Shown piece after piece: positions 50,864 to 53,173 of a stretch of 53,173 nucleotides of DNA. Made by a program: the position numbers and the translations under genes. Origin of the DNA: Macrostomum lignano (Eukaryota); NCBI GenBank assembly GCA_002269645.1, contig NIVC01002931.1, positions 1 through 53,173 of the forward strand, in the 5' to 3' direction. Position 1 is the first letter of the stretch. Each line of letters opens with the position of its first letter. The notes under the pieces are model-generated. The model had not been told where the DNA came from and made no database searches. It saw nothing but the letters and a program-made list of their open reading frames with translations.

Positions 50864-50915
50864 CCCAGACGTAGGTTTTCATGCTCAAAGTTTCGTTAAG
50901 CACCCCAATTCTTAC

Positions 50916-50950
50916 ACAGGATGGCTTTCCTCTTCCGCCGTCAGTGCCAT
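50916..50950 (-). CDS. MFS transporter, probable first coding exon (MALTAEEESHPV)
   Basis: CAGCATGG start with an in-frame TGA upstream; donor GT|GTAAGA at 50915 is phase 2, matching the 50088 acceptor; acceptor TGCTTTAG 15 nt before the ATG. Confidence 0.65.
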
Positions 50951-51577
50951 GCTGTTCAGTCAATCCTAAAGCAGTATTTTTCACCTCACGGTCGATCAGC
51001 AGAGTCAGCTGCCAAGACTGGGAGACCTCCGATCGGCTGTCCCTACGTTGCTCTTCTACAGTATGGAGTTCAACGTCTCATTTTAAGCTGTCTTCTCAAC
51101 CCTATCCCTCTGTTACCAGAGTCTCCCCCCCCATAATGGAGGTTGCTCGGGCTGCAGCATTCAGCCTTGCCGAGTACTGTGCAATGCTGCAGCAGAAGCA
51201 GAGCGAGAGTGTGGGTGGAGGGCGAAGATCAATGACTCCCCAAAGGGGTTGAGCCGCAATTTTCCAGTTTGCCAAGCCAAGTCGCCAACAGTCGCTAAGA
51301 AATCAGCAGGTGGTCATGCTCTGGCTGACTCCGGTTTAAAGAACTCTGTTAGGATCACGAAACTCACAAATGGTCTCGTTTAAATCAGTGAAGTAAGTCG
51401 TACGCTCTCCCACAACCACGATTTGTGTTTACCACAACTGAGCTTGTTATAGCGTCACTGTGAGTATGACGAATACCCTGCTTGAGCACGGTGTTTGACA
51501 AAAGTCTAAGAACCCTGACCCTTGCAGCTGGGCAACTACGTCGTAATATGTAATTGCACCCATTCTGTGAACTCACC

Positions 51578-51720
51578 TGAATCTATCCCATTCTGTTGTA
51601 AACTCATCTGAATCTATCCCATTCTGTTGTAAACTCACCTGAATCTATCCCATTCTGTTGTAAACTCACCTGAATCTATCCCATTCTGTTGTAAACTCAT
51701 CTGAATCTATCCCATTCTGT
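51578..51720. repeat. minisatellite, 31 bp unit (about 5 copies)
   Basis: (AACTCACCTGAATCTATCCCATTCTGTTGTA)n. Confidence 0.93.
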
Positions 51721-52185
51721 GGTGGCTACTGAACTCCTTACTGTACTTCTAGCCCGTGTCCGCGAAGCACAAAACTGGAAACCCCAGCGCTCAAGACGGG
51801 GCATTTCCTGTACGCAGATCCCGCGCAGACCAGAGTCAAATCTCCCATTCATCTTGACGCACACTGGTTTGACGGCACATCCGACCCAACGTGAATAGCC
51901 AGTCACGACTCACACTTAGCGAGTACGGTATAAATTCAGATAATTCTACGACCAGAAGGAGCTTAAGATACGAGCGATAAAACACGACGAAGATTTCTGT
52001 ACTTTCAATTCGTTTCTTGAGGGTAAGTTTTTGGATTAAATATCATTCCTTCTCTAGAATTTATCTAAAAGAAGGAACGTAGTCAATCAAAATGCAAGGC
52101 GATTTTGTAAAACAAAAAATAGTATTTACCTAGAATAAGACATGTTCTCCTGTGAGACGCACTTCTTCTTGATGCTTGAGTCTTC

Positions 52186-52612
52186 GGTCTCCGGTCTCTG
52201 GTCTCTGGTCTCTGGTCTCCGGTCTCTGGTCTCTGGTCTCTGGTCTCTGTTCTCTGGTCTCTGGTCTCTGGTCTCTGATCTCTGGTCTCTGGTCTCTGAT
52301 CTCTGGTCTCTGGTCTCTGATCTCTGATCTCTGGTCTCTGGTCTCTGGTCTCTGGTCTCTGGTCTTTGGTCTCTGGTCTCTGATCTCTGGTCTCTGGTCT
52401 CTGGTCTCTGATCTCTGGTCTCTGGTCTCTGATCTCTGATCTCTGGTCTCTGGTCTCTGGTCTCTGGTCTCTGGTCTTTGGTCTCTGGTCTCTGATCTCT
52501 GGTCTCTGGTCTCTGGTCTCTGATCTCTGGTCTCTGGTCTCTGATCTCTGATCTCTGGTCTCTTGTCTCTGGTCTCCGGTCTCTGTTCTCCGTCTCTAGT
52601 CTCTGGTCTCCG
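52186..52612. repeat. 7-bp satellite
   Basis: (GGTCTCT)n with GATCTCT variants. Confidence 0.96.
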
Positions 52613-52804
52613 ATTTGATCTGAGGTTCTGGTTGAGCAGCCAGACCACACGTGCTTACGAGTAGTTTATGACCCCAAAGGCAGACGGAGCTTCGCCAATC
52701 CCTCCTCCCCTCCCAGCGCGTGCGCAAAAATTGACGAAGGCGATCGAGATTCGCACAGTTGAGTCAAGTTTATTGCGGGAAGGAATGGGAGGAAAAAACA
52801 GGCA

Positions 52805-53128
52805 CTAAGTTGAGAGTTGAACTCCGTGCAACACGAGGCTGACTTGCCACGCTGGAGGTGCGCCAACCCAGCCCCCTACCACCCCCTCCCATAAGTTTTC
52901 CCCTGCCGAGCGGGGCTTGTTGCGGAGCCTGAGCAGCTGTTTGTGCGCCAGCCCATGGCCATGGAATTTAGACCTATGATCTGGATTGGAAACTATGGAG
53001 TATCGAGTGTCCCTGAAACTGGATTTGATATTGCCGTAAAAACCATGGCGTTCTGTACCTTTCATGATGAACAAGGAACTGCTGTGCATTGGGCCTAGAG
53101 TTTAGGGAATCGATGCCGATCTTGAGTT
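52805..53128 (-). CDS. possible 3' exons (53128-53059 and 53012-52805) of an unidentified gene starting beyond the window
   Basis: Acceptor TTATTCAG; 46-nt GT..TTTCAG intron joins ELKIGIDSLNSRPNAQQFLVHHE-R-DTRYSIVSNPDHRSKFHG... in frame; AATAAA at 52769-52774 after the stop; no family recognised. Confidence 0.35.
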
Positions 53129-53173
53129 CTGAATAACTATAAATTAACCATGGTTTTCTAGACATGGTATCTG

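Overview
Eukaryotic (invertebrate animal) genomic DNA; there are no prokaryotic features or CRISPR arrays. The GC-rich exons, short-to-10-kb GT-AG introns and dense minisatellites resemble the flatworm Macrostomum lignano, but that assignment is inference. 1-9 kb: repeat patchwork with LTR/PBS-like motifs, a hairpin array, four TIR elements with intact 8-bp TSDs, a probable solo LTR and satellites. 10,982-11,695 (-): two-box HMGB gene. 14-26 kb: gene-free alternation of GC-rich islands and minisatellites. 26,167-47,039 (+): 9-exon THAP-domain/CtBP corepressor fusion (about 663 aa), like C. elegans CTBP-1. It keeps the zinc finger, PXDLS cleft and NAD-binding fingerprint but has replaced all dehydrogenase catalytic and substrate residues, and it has candidate THAP-less isoform exons. 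48,664-50,950 (-): SLC16/MCT-like MFS transporter. Right edge (-): partial unidentified gene. Five single-base deletions in otherwise intact CDS (45.6-49.7 kb) look like long-read consensus errors. Most long ORFs in the supplied track are stop-free readings of tandem repeats.
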